Assembly: GCA_963743305.1 (NCBI GenBank)
Contig: CAVUPH010000012.1
Coordinates: forward strand, 64,001 to 128,000
Reading direction: 5' to 3'
DNA length: 64,000 bases
Origin: an uncultured delta proteobacterium
GTDB taxonomy: Bacteria; Desulfobacterota; RBG-13-43-22
Shown here piece by piece: positions 28,204-38,938 of this stretch. Every line of letters begins with the position of its first letter. The first letter of the stretch is position 1. Under the pieces are notes generated by a model. It did no database searches. It was not told the DNA's origin and saw only the letters and a program-made list of their open reading frames with translations. Both the position numbers and the translations under genes were made by a program.

Positions 28204-29366
28204 CTCCTGAGAATGAGGTTGCAGACTGTTCCAAAATCTCCGCCCAGGGTGTCCACCAACCCCACCCGGGCTCCAGCCACCTGGCGGGCGCCACTTTCCC
28301 CGCGCAGTTGTTCTACGATCTCCACCACCTGGGCCGCGCCGGTGGCCCCAATCGGATGCCCCTTGGCCTTGAGTCCCCCCGATGGATTAACCACCACCCG
28401 GCCCTTGAAGGTCGTTTCCCCTTTAGCCGCCGAGTCATGGGCTTGTCCGAAATCGTAAAAACCCAAACCCTCCAAGGCCAGGATTTCGGCGATGGTAAAA
28501 CAATCGTGGAGTTCCACCACATCGATATCCCGGGGAGTCAGTCCTGACTGCTCATAGGCGGCCTGAACCGAGGTCTCCCGGGCCTTGACCCGAGTCAGGT
28601 CCTGCTGGCGGTATAATGGTCCGGCCGAGGCCTGGCCCATCCCGACGATATAAACGGGTTTTTTCGTCAGCTTGCGGGCCGTCCCGGCCTCCGCGATGAC
28701 CACCGCCGCCGCGCCGTCAGAAAAAGGGCAGCAATCCAACAACTGCAGGGGATCGGCCACCATCATTCCGGTCAGCACCGTTTCCGCCTGAATTATTTTC
28801 TGAAAATGGGCTTTGGGATTCAGGAATCCGTGGGAATGATTTTTGACCGCCACCTCTGCCATGTTCCTCTTTAGAACCTCCAGGGGGATACCATACTTGT
28901 GGGCGTACAGATGGGTAGCCATGGCAAAGACCCCTGGGAAAGTCAGCCCCACCGCCGACTCGTACTGGGCCTGGCAAGCCATGGCGAAGGTCCGGGTGGC
29001 CAGAGGCGTGCCCATTCGGGCGGCCCGTTCGGTACCCCCGGCCAGGACCAGGTCGTAAACCCCGGAGGCCACCAGCAGGGCCGCATGGCGTATGGCCACT
29101 GTGGCCGTGGCACAGGCCGATTCGAAACGGGTGGCCGGGGCCGATACGGGCAGGCCGAGCTCCGCGTGGGCAAAGGGCGCCATATGCAGTTGTCCCTCCT
29201 CAAAATCACCCAGACAGTTGCCGAAAAACAGGGCCTGCAGCGCCTTGGGTTCCAGGTTGGATTGTCCAATAGCCTCCAGGCCCGCTTCGGCAAACATCTC
29301 CAGGTTGCTCTTTCGGGAAATGCCGAATTTGGTCATCGCCGCCCCCACTACCGCAACCTCCCTCAT
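28200..29366 (-). CDS. SCP2-type thiolase domain protein
   Basis: ESACAT, DCCPFSDGAAA, ELHDCFT, NPSGGLKAKGHPIGATG. Confidence 0.9.
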   Translation of the reverse strand: MREVAVVGAAMTKFGISRKSNLEMFAEAGLEAIGQSNLEPKALQALFFGNCLGDFEEGQLHMAPFAHAELGLPVSAPATRFESACATATVAIRHAALLVASGVYDLVLAGGTERAARMGTPLATRTFAMACQAQYESAVGLTFPGVFAMATHLYAHKYGIPLEVLKRNMAEVAVKNHSHGFLNPKAHFQKIIQAETVLTGMMVADPLQLLDCCPFSDGAAAVVIAEAGTARKLTKKPVYIVGMGQASAGPLYRQQDLTRVKARETSVQAAYEQSGLTPRDIDVVELHDCFTIAEILALEGLGFYDFGQAHDSAAKGETTFKGRVVVNPSGGLKAKGHPIGATGAAQVVEIVEQLRGESGARQVAGARVGLVDTLGGDFGTVCNLILRS

Positions 29367-29421
29367 GCACGCCTCCTATTCACAGTTCCTTCGTCCGGTA
29401 TTCAACATCCTACAACCGGCC

Positions 29422-30189
29422 TTACTTCGCCCCCATCCTCAATCCGCCGTCCAAACGGATCACTTCCCCATTCAAGAGGGGGTTTTCAATGATCTGGGCC
29501 GCCAGCATGGCGAATTCCACCGGCCGTCCCAGACGTTTCGGAAAAAGCGTCATATTGACCAGGGACTCATAGACTTGAGGAGACATGCCGGCCATCATGG
29601 GGGTTTCAAACAACCCGGGGGCAATCGTCACGATTCGAATCCCATAGTTGGCGAACTCCCTGGCAATAGGCAGGGTCATACCGGCCACCCCGGCCTTGGA
29701 GGCGGCGTAAGCCGCCTGACCGAACTGGCCTTCAAAGGCCGCGACGGAAGAGGTATTGACCATCACGCCCTTTTCACCGTCCTCGTTAGGTTGATTTTTA
29801 TTGATCTGTTCGGCGGCCAGGAGGATCACGTTCATGGTGCCGATCAGGTTGATTTGAATTACCTGATTGAACCGGGCGATGTCCATCGGCCCCTCTTTTC
29901 CCAGCACCCTGCCGGGAGTGGCCACACCGGCACAGTTCACCACGAAATGGATAGCACCGAAAACCTCCATGGTTTTGAAAATGGCCTCCTTCACGCTGGC
30001 CTCATCCGTCACATCGGTTTTACAGAACAGTGCATCTCCACCTAAATCAGAAGCTACTTTTTCCCCCCGATCCTGGGCAAAATCCAGGATCGACGCCTTG
30101 GCCCCTCTCCTCATTAAAAAGCGCACCGTGGCCTCCCCCAAACCGGAAGCCCCGCCGCTGACCACGGCTACCCCACCCTTAATCTCCAT
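29422..30189 (-). CDS. SDR 3-hydroxyacyl-CoA dehydrogenase type II (HSD10-like)
   Basis: GGASGLG, NCAG, EGQFGQAAYAASKAG, LPIARE, NGEVIRLDG. Confidence 0.9.
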   Translation of the reverse strand: MEIKGGVAVVSGGASGLGEATVRFLMRRGAKASILDFAQDRGEKVASDLGGDALFCKTDVTDEASVKEAIFKTMEVFGAIHFVVNCAGVATPGRVLGKEGPMDIARFNQVIQINLIGTMNVILLAAEQINKNQPNEDGEKGVMVNTSSVAAFEGQFGQAAYAASKAGVAGMTLPIAREFANYGIRIVTIAPGLFETPMMAGMSPQVYESLVNMTLFPKRLGRPVEFAMLAAQIIENPLLNGEVIRLDGGLRMGAK

Positions 30190-30247
30190 CTTCTTCCCCC
30201 TCTTTCTAATTAAGAAATTTTATTAAAGGACAGATTTCAATAAGCGG

Positions 30248-31235
30248 TTAAAAACGAAAAAGGGAGGCCCCCCAGGTAAAACCGGCCCCAAAGGAGGTAG
30301 TCAGAACCAGGTCGCCTCGTTTGATCCGATCGGAGCGGACCCCTTCATCCAGGGCCGTGGGAATGGTGGCCGCCGAGGTGTTGCCGTACTTCTGAACGGT
30401 CAGGATCACTTTTTCCAGGGGAACTTCCATCAGCTTGGCCACGGCCTCGATGATCCGAAGATTGGCCTGGTGGGGAATAAACCAATCGATCTGCCGGCCG
30501 GAGCATTCCACCCTCTTCCAGGGCGGCTTTCGAGGCTTCCGCCATGGAACGGACGGCATGTTTGAAGACCTCATTGCCCTTCATCTTAACGTATTGGAGT
30601 CGCCGGTCGATCATCTCATGGGTCGGCGGGTTGAGCGAGCCGCCACCGGGGACATTCAGGAGTCCCCAAAGGTCGCCATCGGAATAGATCCGGGTGGAGA
30701 GGAGTTCTCCCTCCCCTTTTCGGGTGTGCTGCCCCAGAACGACCGCTCCAGCCCCGTCTCCAAAAAGCACGCAAGTATTTCGATCCTCAAAATCGGTTCG
30801 GTGCGAGACGATCTCCCCCCCCACCACTAAGACTCGTTGATGGGATCCGTCCTGCATAAACTTCTGGGCCACGGCCAGCCCGTATATAAATCCCGGGCAA
30901 GCGGCATTGATATCAAAAGCCACGGCCTTTTTGGCCCCGAGCCGGTGTTGGACTATGCAGCCCGCGGAAGGAGAGGGCATATCCGCCGTGGAGGTGCCGA
31001 TAATAATCAGGTCCAGTTCCTTCGGGAAAACGCCCGCCATTTCCAGGGCTTTTTCCGCGGCCGGGACCGCGAGATCGCTCAGGGCCTGCCCGGGCAGAAC
31101 CATCCTTCGTTCTTTAATTCCGGTCCGACTGACGATCCATTCGTTGGAGGTATTTACCAGGCCTTCGAAATAAGCGTTGGGGACGACCCGTTCGGGAATA
31201 AAGGATCCTGTCCCCAAAATGCGCACTTTCTTCAA
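30248..31235 (-). CDS. fabH: 3-oxoacyl-ACP synthase III (frameshift ~30510)
   Basis: [29 protein letters not shown]; second frame [22 protein letters not shown]. Confidence 0.85.
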
Positions 31236-31403
31236 TTGAATATCTTTCCCCCAATCGTCTTTGATGCTTTGAGAACTATTATCATTTGAAAAACTATTTA
31301 TCAAATTATTTTTTTAAGCAAATAAACCCTTTGACAGGGATCCTCCCGGGTTGCTAGATTTAGCCCTCAGGCGGAAATTTTAATGGGAATCGGAGGGGAT
31401 CGT

Positions 31404-31814
31404 ATGACTTGTCATTTACACCATACCCATTTATTTGCTTCGGACCTAAACAAAACTATCCAATTTTATTCGGAATATTTTGACGGTCGGGTGGTGATGG
31501 ACCTGGAGATGGCGGGATCCAGAAATGTTTTCCTGAGCATCGGTCGGGGGAGGCTTCACTTTTATGACCAGGCCCCGAAGAATCCAGTCCGGGGGAATAT
31601 CCACCACATTGGTATTCAAACCGACAACCTGGAGGAGATGGTCAAAAAACTCGCCGCCGGGGGGGTGCCCTTAAAGAAAGGGATAACGGACTTTGGATTC
31701 TGGAAATACATCACGGTCCTGGCGCCGGACAACGTCCTGATTGAACTTTTTCAGGTCGACCAAACCCAGTTGTCGAAAGAACAGAGCGCCTATTTTAATC
31801 AGGACCATCCTTAA
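31404..31814 (+). CDS. VOC/glyoxalase family protein
   Basis: LHHTHL, IHHIGI, APDNVLIELFQ; TTGACA-N18-TAGATT upstream. Confidence 0.85.
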   Translation: MTCHLHHTHLFASDLNKTIQFYSEYFDGRVVMDLEMAGSRNVFLSIGRGRLHFYDQAPKNPVRGNIHHIGIQTDNLEEMVKKLAAGGVPLKKGITDFGFWKYITVLAPDNVLIELFQVDQTQLSKEQSAYFNQDHP

Positions 31815-31829
31815 AGGCCGTCGGCCTGG

Positions 31830-33393
31830 TCATAGCGCCGACAGGTCCGCCTTCATCTGTTGATGTATCCGCCCGCGATATTCGTGTAGACGACCCGCGG
31901 GCCGCCAGCCGACCTGGACGAAAAAGGGGATGTTTTCTTCCTGAATCCGGGCGGTAAAGGCCGTGCAGCCTTTACTTTTCACAAAACGCATGGCTTCCCT
32001 GACCAGAAGTTCACCGGCTCCCGAACCCCGCCATTCCTTTTGAATGGCCAACCTCCCACCGATCCAGTGGCCGTTTCCTTCCACCGGGAAGACCCTCACC
32101 GTGCCGATAATTTGCCCTTCCATCTCAGCGATCAGATGGGTGCTTTCCCCATCGTTTTCGTCGGCATCCGTATCCTGAAAGAGCCGCTGCTCGTCCACAA
32201 AGACCTGATGACGAATCGCCGCCGCCTTGGCCAACTCCCGGCGGGTCCGGGAGGGGTGGCAAACGATTCGTTCGACCGGCTGTTCGTAAAAAGGCAGGGC
32301 CGAACAGGCCCCGCAGCGGACACAGCCGGCCAAACTCTTTTTCGAGGACAGCCCTTTTCTGCTTAAAATCTCCGCCACCTTTTCGTAGATTTCCGTTATG
32401 ATCCCGTGATCCGGAGGCACAGCTTTCTCCATTGCTGATCCGGGGATCGGACGGAGTGGAACCACAAAAGGGAAGACCCCCAGATCGGCCAACCGTTCGC
32501 TGCCCTGGATAATCGAATCCTGCTCCTCACCCAGGCCGACGATCAGGAAACTGCTGACCTGGTTGGGCCCGAAGAGCTCCACCGCCTCCTTCCAGGCCTT
32601 GACATACCTTGACCGGCCGATAGCCGCTTTGGCCGGGGCCAGGCGTGCCAGGACCTCCCGGTCAAAACTTTCAATATGAAGGCCGATGGTATCCACCCCC
32701 GCCGTCTTTAATAAAAGCAGGGACTCCGGATCCGAGGGGGGAAGGCATTGGGCCTGAACGGGTAAGCCGGTAGCCTGTCTTGATAGCGGTCGCGCAGCGG
32801 GACAGGAGCTGAACCTCTTCCCCCGGTGAAGACGCCGCTCCGGTGGTGAGGACCACCTGCCGGATCCCGTCCAGTTCCTTGGCCTTCCGGGCCACTTCGG
32901 CTACCTGGTCCGGAGTTTTGCTGGGGAGTGTGGATTGGTTCCGAAGAGAAACCGCTATTCCACAAAAACGGCACTGCCGTTGGGATGGCCAGTGGTCGCA
33001 GGTCTGCAACACCGTCGTGGCCAGGCAATCCCGGCCATGGAGCAACGCGATTTTTTTATAGGGAACCCCTTCCGGAGTTTGAAGTTCATAAAAGGCCGGA
33101 CGCGAGACCGGTTCTACCGTGTTTCTAAATTCTCCATGTCTGAAAATCCCATATCGATTTCCCGTGCGCTTCAAGGTATAGGGAGAATGAGGGACGTAAT
33201 GTCCGCTGACCGGAATCGAAACCGCCCGCCCTTGGATGATGATGGTCCCCCCTTCAGCAGGACCGGCCCCGCCATTTCGCTGTAGGAGACCCTCTTGGAT
33301 CCGCAGACCCAGGCTTTGCAGTTCGGTAACCAGATGCTTAGTGGCCTTGAAATTTATTTCTGTTTTGTCGGTGGCCAAAAAAGTTCTCCCCAA
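31830..33393 (-). CDS. MSMEG_0568/NitD-family radical SAM protein fused to MSMEG_0567/NitE-like GNAT (frameshift ~32780)
   Basis: ELQSLG, GGAGP, KIALLHG, LATTVLQTC-x8-CRFC, AGCVRCGACS then IRHQVFVDEQRLF...WIGGRLAI. Confidence 0.82.
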
Positions 33394-33396
33394 GGT

Positions 33397-34221
33397 TCAA
33401 CGGTTCAAGTTAACACCCAATTCTAATTGATTCCCGGCCCTCTCTTTTATCTGGGATCTTTGAACTTTGAGCAGATTAAGGATGGTCCGGCGCAGGGTAT
33501 TGAATTCCGGATCGGTTCGATCCCGGGGCCGGGGTGATTCCACCTTCAAAATGGTCTCAATCCGGGCCGGCCGGGGAGTCAACACCACGATCTGATCGCT
33601 TAAGAAAACCGCCTCATCCACGTTGTGGGTTACAAAAAGGATCGTTTCCCCCCTTTTCTGCCAGATGGACAGAAGAAATTCCTGCATATCGTTCCGGGTC
33701 TGGCTGTCCAGGGAAGCAAAGGGTTCGTCCATGAGGACCACCCGCGGATTCATGATCAGGGTCCGGGCAATGGCCACCCGCTGTTGCATGCCGCCGGATA
33801 ATTCCCGCGGATAATGGTGTTCAAAACCGGAAAGGCCGAAGATAGACAAGTACTTCCCGGCCAATCGTTCCCGGTCCGCTTTAACGATACCCTGCATCTC
33901 CAAACCGAATTGGATATTCTCCAGGGTAGTCCTCCAGGGGAAAAGGGCATATTCCTGAAAGACCAATCCGATGCCCTCGGTCCCGGGAAGAAGTTCCCGG
34001 TCATTCAGCACGACCTTTCCCGAAGTGGCTTTCTCCAGGCCGGACAATATTTTCAAGAGGGTCGTCTTCCCACAGCCGCTGGAACCAATAAAAGAAATAA
34101 ACTGACCGGACTCAAAACAGCAGGAAAGGTCCTGGAGTACCGGGATGGTTTCCCCCGGGTTCTTTCCGGGATAGCTTTTGGTAAGTTTACTGAGCGCTAA
34201 AGACAAAAGGGGACCTTTCAC
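33397..34221 (-). CDS. Nitrate/sulfonate-type ABC transporter ATP-binding protein
   Basis: GSSGCGKT, FQEYALFPW, LSGGMQQR, MDEPF. Confidence 0.92.
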   Translation of the reverse strand: MKGPLLSLALSKLTKSYPGKNPGETIPVLQDLSCCFESGQFISFIGSSGCGKTTLLKILSGLEKATSGKVVLNDRELLPGTEGIGLVFQEYALFPWRTTLENIQFGLEMQGIVKADRERLAGKYLSIFGLSGFEHHYPRELSGGMQQRVAIARTLIMNPRVVLMDEPFASLDSQTRNDMQEFLLSIWQKRGETILFVTHNVDEAVFLSDQIVVLTPRPARIETILKVESPRPRDRTDPEFNTLRRTILNLLKVQRSQIKERAGNQLELGVNLNR

Positions 34222-34973
34222 TTCCAGGGAATCATTTTGGCCTCAAGCTGCCGGAGACCCACATCAATCAGGAGTCCGATCAACCCGATGACCAGCATGC
34301 CGGCCAGGATCTCATCCGGCCGCTGAATGTCCCGGGCGGTCATGATCATATACCCCAATCCGTAGCCCTCCCGGACACCGGTGAACTCCGCGGCCACCAA
34401 AGTCATCCAGCCGATCCCGATGCCGATCCGTAATCCCACAAAAATGGAGGGAACGGAGCCGGGCAGGAGTACCTGGAGAAAGATATTCCGCTCTCTGGCC
34501 TGCAGGGTACGGGCCGCCTCCACCAGGGTGGGGTTGATGGACAACACCCCGGAGATGGTATTCAGGAGGATGGGGAAAAAGGCGCCCAGGAAAATGATAA
34601 AGGCCGCGGCCTGAATGCCGATGCCGAACCAGAGAATGGCAATGGGAATCCAGGCCAAAGGGGGAATGGGCCGGATGACTTCGATAACCGGCCTGACCAG
34701 CCCCCTGACCTTTTCGGACCAGCCCAAAACCAGCCCAAAAGGGATGGCCAGCACTACGGCGGCCAGGTAACCCAGTCCGACGCGGTATAAGCTATACAAC
34801 ACATGATTATGCAACAGATGGCCGGGAGGCATGCCCTCCAGGACGAGTTCCTTTAAGCCGGCCAGGATCTCCAGGGGAGCGGGGAGCTTGAACCGGGGGA
34901 CGATCTCCAGGATAGAGACCAATTGCCAAAGAACGATCAACCCCAGGGGTAATAGAAATTTTTCATATTTCAT
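34218..34973 (-). CDS. Nitrate/sulfonate-type ABC transporter permease
   Basis: RPIPPLAWIP, EAARTL, WMTLVAAE, GLGY. Confidence 0.92.
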   Translation of the reverse strand: MKYEKFLLPLGLIVLWQLVSILEIVPRFKLPAPLEILAGLKELVLEGMPPGHLLHNHVLYSLYRVGLGYLAAVVLAIPFGLVLGWSEKVRGLVRPVIEVIRPIPPLAWIPIAILWFGIGIQAAAFIIFLGAFFPILLNTISGVLSINPTLVEAARTLQARERNIFLQVLLPGSVPSIFVGLRIGIGIGWMTLVAAEFTGVREGYGLGYMIMTARDIQRPDEILAGMLVIGLIGLLIDVGLRQLEAKMIPWK

Positions 34974-34987
34974 GGTTATGGAATAGA

Positions 34988-35958
34988 TTACTTCTTCAAG
35001 ACTTCAGCCAGGATCTCCGGCTTTAGAAATTCCCGGACGAAAGCCTGAGGGTTTTCCACCTTGATGTATTTCATCTGGGAGAGGAAATCCACATATTCTT
35101 TTTCCCCTTCCACACTGAGTTGATAGGTGTAACGGACATTTTTCAAGGCCAAGGCAATGGTTTTTTCATCCAGTCCGGTGTATTTGACCCCGATTTTGAC
35201 GGCCTCCTCCGGATTCTGCCGAATAAAATCCGTGGCCTTCACATGGGCCCGGACCAGTTTTTTGGCCGAGTCGGGCTGGGCGTCCAGAAATTTGGCCTCC
35301 ACCGCCAGCACGCAGCAGGGATGGTCCTTCCAGATATCCCGGGAATAAGCCAGCACCCGTCCCACTTCCATGGTCTGGGCCTTGGCCGGAAAGGGTTCCC
35401 AGGCGATAAAGGCCTCCACCTGGTCGGTACGCAAGGCCCCGATCATTTCCGGGGGCTTGATCACCAGGGTCTTGACCGCTTTTGGTCCATTTTGTTGTTT
35501 AATAATGCTTTCTTAAATAGAAAATCCTGGACCGTGGCGTGTCCGGGAATGGCCACGCTTTTCCCCGCCAGGTCCGTCACTTTTTGAAGTGGAGAATCCT
35601 TTTTTACCACCAGGGCCGAGCCCTCGACGTTGACCTGGGCCAGGACCACCACCCTGGCGGCTTTGTTGGCCACCGCCGTGGTGGCCGGCGCTTCGCCCAC
35701 ATAGCCTGCGTCCAGGGCCCCGGCGGCAGAAGGCGCTCATCAGTTCCGGCCCGGCTTTGAAGACCCCGGCCACCTGGACTTCCAGTCCTTCCCGGGAATA
35801 AAACCCCTTTTCCAGGGCCACCCAGCAGGGCAGGTGGTGGATGTCATTCTGCAAGATAGGCTATCCGGATCGGCTTTTTATCGGCGCCTTCGGGTATCCC
35901 CTGAATCAGCAATATGAAAAACAACCGCCAAGCCCATGAAAGGTAGCTTCAGTTTCAT
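34988..35958 (-). CDS. Nitrate/sulfonate-type ABC substrate-binding protein (frameshifts ~35465, ~35728, ~35856)
   Basis: Joined frames: signal peptide, IRIAYLQNDIHHL, FKAGPELM, GYVGEAPA, AFIAWEPFP, WKDHPCCVL. Confidence 0.78.
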
Positions 35959-35964
35959 AACCAG

Positions 35965-37131
35965 CTATTTTCCTTCCTTCACAATTCCCTCCAGGATCTT
36001 CCCTCGATTTATCTTGTCCACCAGGGTGGGCTTTCTTAAATGTGCCTTGACCAAATCCAACACCCGGGAATTAAATAGATCCTTCCGGTTTTGAAATTCA
36101 GCGAGGTCTTTCAAATCCCGCAAGAGGGAGACTGCCTCATCATATCGTTTCGGTTGTTTGGTGGCAATGAGTTCTTCCACCTTGTTCCAAAGAATACCTT
36201 CCTTGTTGACCAGAGACTCGAGATACTTTTTTCGTTTTTCAGCCTCCTCCTTTTGCGCCTGGCCAAATCACGGGCCTTCTTTTCGGCCTCAATCCTTTTC
36301 CTTTCCGCAGCCAGAATTTCGGCCCGGGCCCTGATCTGACCGGCAGTCCTTCGGGGTCCTTCGACCGGCTTTATATCCCCGCGCAGCTCCCGCCTGGCTT
36401 GTTGTCGAAGTTCCGCCAGGCAATGCGGGTTGTCCCCCTCGACCAGGCGTAAGAGGAGCCTATCTTTTTCTTGACTCGGTAGACTCAGAACCCACTTTCC
36501 GAATTCTTCCTGCGATAAGCCGATAGCCTGCTCGCCGGGACTGGCTTCCGCTGCCGCCGCAATGAGGTCCCTGGAGAGACGCAGGAAATCGGCAAGTCGA
36601 TCCAGGGAGGCGTTAAGGGTTTTTAGACCACCCGGAACAGGTGGCTCCAACTCGTCATCATCGATCTCCTCCGATTGCACATCGCCCAGCCAGCCAAGGT
36701 ATAGGGCGCGATAATCTCCGGACAACAAATCGGCCCGTATCGGCAAAAGCGATGCCAGCCAGCCCTCTCCACCGGCCCATTCACCATCCTCATCCTCGGA
36801 CTGAAAAGTCAGAATGACTTTGTCCCCTTTCGAATGACAGGACAGGGTTTCACCCTCAGAGTAGGGTTCTATGGTCTCTGGATCGAACAGTTTTATGGGT
36901 AGTCCCAACATAAGATGGTGAGAACCCCAATTGGCAAGGTACAAGGAAAGCATCAAAGTATTGCTCCAGCCACTTTTCCGGATTACCCTTGAAGCTGCCA
37001 TAATTGTAGACCACGACAAAGCTGCTCGCCGTAATCTGGGCACGGGAGGAGTAGGCCCGCAGTACCGATATCTGCTCCGGCGTCAACGGCCGATCTACCG
37101 CCTGGAATTCATAGTACTGATACTCGCTCAT
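35965..37131 (-). CDS. Conserved hypothetical protein (MSEYQYYEF... family), frameshifted
   Basis: Fragments MSEYQYYEFQAVDRPL, LYLANWG, GDYRALYLGWL, YDEAVSLLRDL span three frames. Confidence 0.65.
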
Positions 37132-37144
37132 CGGTTCTGGTCCT

Positions 37145-37465
37145 TCATATCGATACCCCTTCTTCCCTAACCGCCATGGCCGGCAAGGATGCCTGTTCGG
37201 GTCCGTTTTCCCATCTTTCACGTGAAACCACGATGGGCACGACTACAATCCCGGCCTCAAACCCGACTTCCCGGGCGTTATCGGAGACGATTCTCCGGGA
37301 CTGTTTAGAGACCGGTCCATCAAGAACCACCAGTACATCCATGTCCGAATCGGATTCGGCGTCCCCCCTGGCGCGGGAGCCAAAGAGGATCATTCCCGAC
37401 AATTGGACCCTGCCCTTTATGGAATGTTTAAGCCGCCGGAGTACTCCATGATCCTTGGGGTCCAT
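37145..37465 (-). CDS. Minimal nucleotidyltransferase (MNT)
   Basis: LFGSRARGDAESDSDMDVLVV. Confidence 0.88.
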   Translation of the reverse strand: MDPKDHGVLRRLKHSIKGRVQLSGMILFGSRARGDAESDSDMDVLVVLDGPVSKQSRRIVSDNAREVGFEAGIVVVPIVVSRERWENGPEQASLPAMAVREEGVSI

Positions 37466-37528
37466 ATCTTTTACCCTTTATAGGCCTTTATGAGTTTTGG
37501 TACCATAGCGTTAACCGTACACCTTTCT

Positions 37529-37555
37529 ATATCGGCTAAGTCATTAAGCTTTTTA
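37529..37555 (-). promoter_or_regulatory. Sigma28-like promoter upstream of MNT gene
   Basis: Minus strand TAAA-N15-GCCGATAT. Confidence 0.45.
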
Positions 37556-37652
37556 AAAGGGATTCTCTTACGGTTTTTTCTCGATTGCGTCCAGTTCCTT
37601 ACCCGTGTGGTCCCAGATTTTCATTGATTCTCTGATGCCAAATGCCGGAGCC

Positions 37653-38153
37653 TCAGTTGTGCTTTTTATGTCGGTAAATGGTCTGTTTTGTCGATAGTAC
37701 TTCCTTATTTCTTGATAGTAACGGTTTGACATCCTGTCTAAAGAGGACGAGTTCTTTGAAAAGACACGGTAGCATTAGATCGGCATATTCCTCTGCCGGC
37801 TCATGACCCAAGTAGTCTTTGTAACTTGTCGAAGTTAAGACCTGGCCGTTATTCCCGGAGAGGACATGAATGGAGTTTGTGCGTACAAAGTGACATAGAA
37901 ACCTGGAGAGAACCCCGTCAATAGGAGTCGCTTCTTTGAAGCTCGGGTAATCATCCGAAAGCTCCCTGCTCATCCCTAGACGAGTGCTCCACGTGTCCGC
38001 GTCAGACATGGGGTTTATGCCTTCGACAAGGTATTCAACTATCATCCTGTCAAAAGCTCGCCCCCCATCTGTCCTTTTAGCGGTCAGGGCATTGACCTTG
38101 TCTGGTAACACTAAGTATTCAGGAATACCGTTCATAGGGCTACGGCCTGACAA
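37653..38153 (-). CDS. Hypothetical protein (lower GC; start uncertain, possibly a fragment)
   Basis: 166-aa ORF, no motif. Confidence 0.35.
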   Translation of the reverse strand: MSGRSPMNGIPEYLVLPDKVNALTAKRTDGGRAFDRMIVEYLVEGINPMSDADTWSTRLGMSRELSDDYPSFKEATPIDGVLSRFLCHFVRTNSIHVLSGNNGQVLTSTSYKDYLGHEPAEEYADLMLPCLFKELVLFRQDVKPLLSRNKEVLSTKQTIYRHKKHN

Positions 38154-38317
38154 CCGGCAAGTTTGCCGCCCAAGGGATGCAATTCCAGGTGGGGCTGAAA
38201 CGGGTCCGATTGCAGATCTTTCAGCACCTCGGCAAAGCGTGATTTCAGGTCGGCGTGCTTTTTAAGAAATTTACGAGCCTGTCGGAGAAACTGATGCGGC
38301 GTGACGATGGCGTACAC
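38132..38317 (-). pseudogene. RelE/YafQ-like toxin, C-terminally truncated
   Basis: FLRQARKFLKKHADL...DPFQPHLELHPLGGKLAG then stop; the C-terminal YR...IGxHDEVY part is absent. Confidence 0.65.
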
Positions 38318-38508
38318 TAGGCGATCTCGTCGACGTCCAGGGCTTTCAGCAGGTCGTCTGCAGTCTTAAATGACCGTACTTCCCCCCGCTTGACATTCTG
38401 CAGGGCTGAGCGGACCCGGCCATTATAGGCTTCCTGCTCTGTCCGGATCAACTCGTGATAGCGCTCTTCCGAAAGCACCACATACTGGGGTTGGTTTTTC
38501 CGAATCAC
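38317..38508 (-). CDS. Phd/YefM-like antitoxin, apparently N-terminally truncated
   Basis: IRKNQPQYVVLSEERY...VKRGEVRSF; abuts hicB stop. Confidence 0.55.
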   Translation of the reverse strand: MIRKNQPQYVVLSEERYHELIRTEQEAYNGRVRSALQNVKRGEVRSFKTADDLLKALDVDEIA

Positions 38509-38744
38509 GCGGCGTTTTGCATCTTGTTGGCAAAGTCTCGTCCCGAAGTAGGGGGCGGAAGGGGTTTCCCGTCCTTGCGGTACAGAGAAACAGCTTCCTC
38601 GACGATCTCACAGAGCTCGTCGAACACCGCTTTCTCGTCCGGGCCGTGGCATCCTCCGAACACCAGCCCGGGAGAACTCCCGACATAGCACTGATCCTCT
38701 TCCGACCATTCGACGATCTTGGCGTATCTGGCACTGTCTTTCAT
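38505..38744 (-). CDS. hicB: HicB-family antitoxin
   Basis: YAKIVEWSEEDQCYVGSSP...CHG...GKPLPPP. Confidence 0.8.
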   Translation of the reverse strand: MKDSARYAKIVEWSEEDQCYVGSSPGLVFGGCHGPDEKAVFDELCEIVEEAVSLYRKDGKPLPPPTSGRDFANKMQNAA

Positions 38745-38938
38745 TTTTTCGACTCCTCAATGACGAGCTTCACTGTGCGAACTTGATAATGCTTGGCGTC
38801 ATCACCCAGGGAACCCGATATAGTGACCGGTTTAGCCACCTGGGGATGGACGAAGTTCCGGTGGTTTCCCTTCCCTCCTCGTTCGACAAACCCTGCGCGC
38901 TCCAACTCAGCTACCAATTCCCTTACCTTCGGAGGCAC
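38741..38938 (-). CDS. hicA: HicA-family toxin
   Basis: KVRELVAELERAGF...GKGNHRNFVHP...VTISG; GTG start with GGAG RBS. Confidence 0.85.
   Translation of the reverse strand: MPPKVRELVAELERAGFVERGGKGNHRNFVHPQVAKPVTISGSLGDDAKHYQVRTVKLVIEESKK

Noticed and set aside
29092-30045. Long antisense ORFs (also 19826-20545, 48891-49817, 57569-58555, 60128-61036)
   Set aside because: They lie opposite well-supported genes in GC-rich coding DNA and show no motifs.
35400-35900. Programmed frameshifting in the SBP gene
   Set aside because: Three independent shifts without slippery-site or stimulator patterns; sequencing error is more parsimonious.
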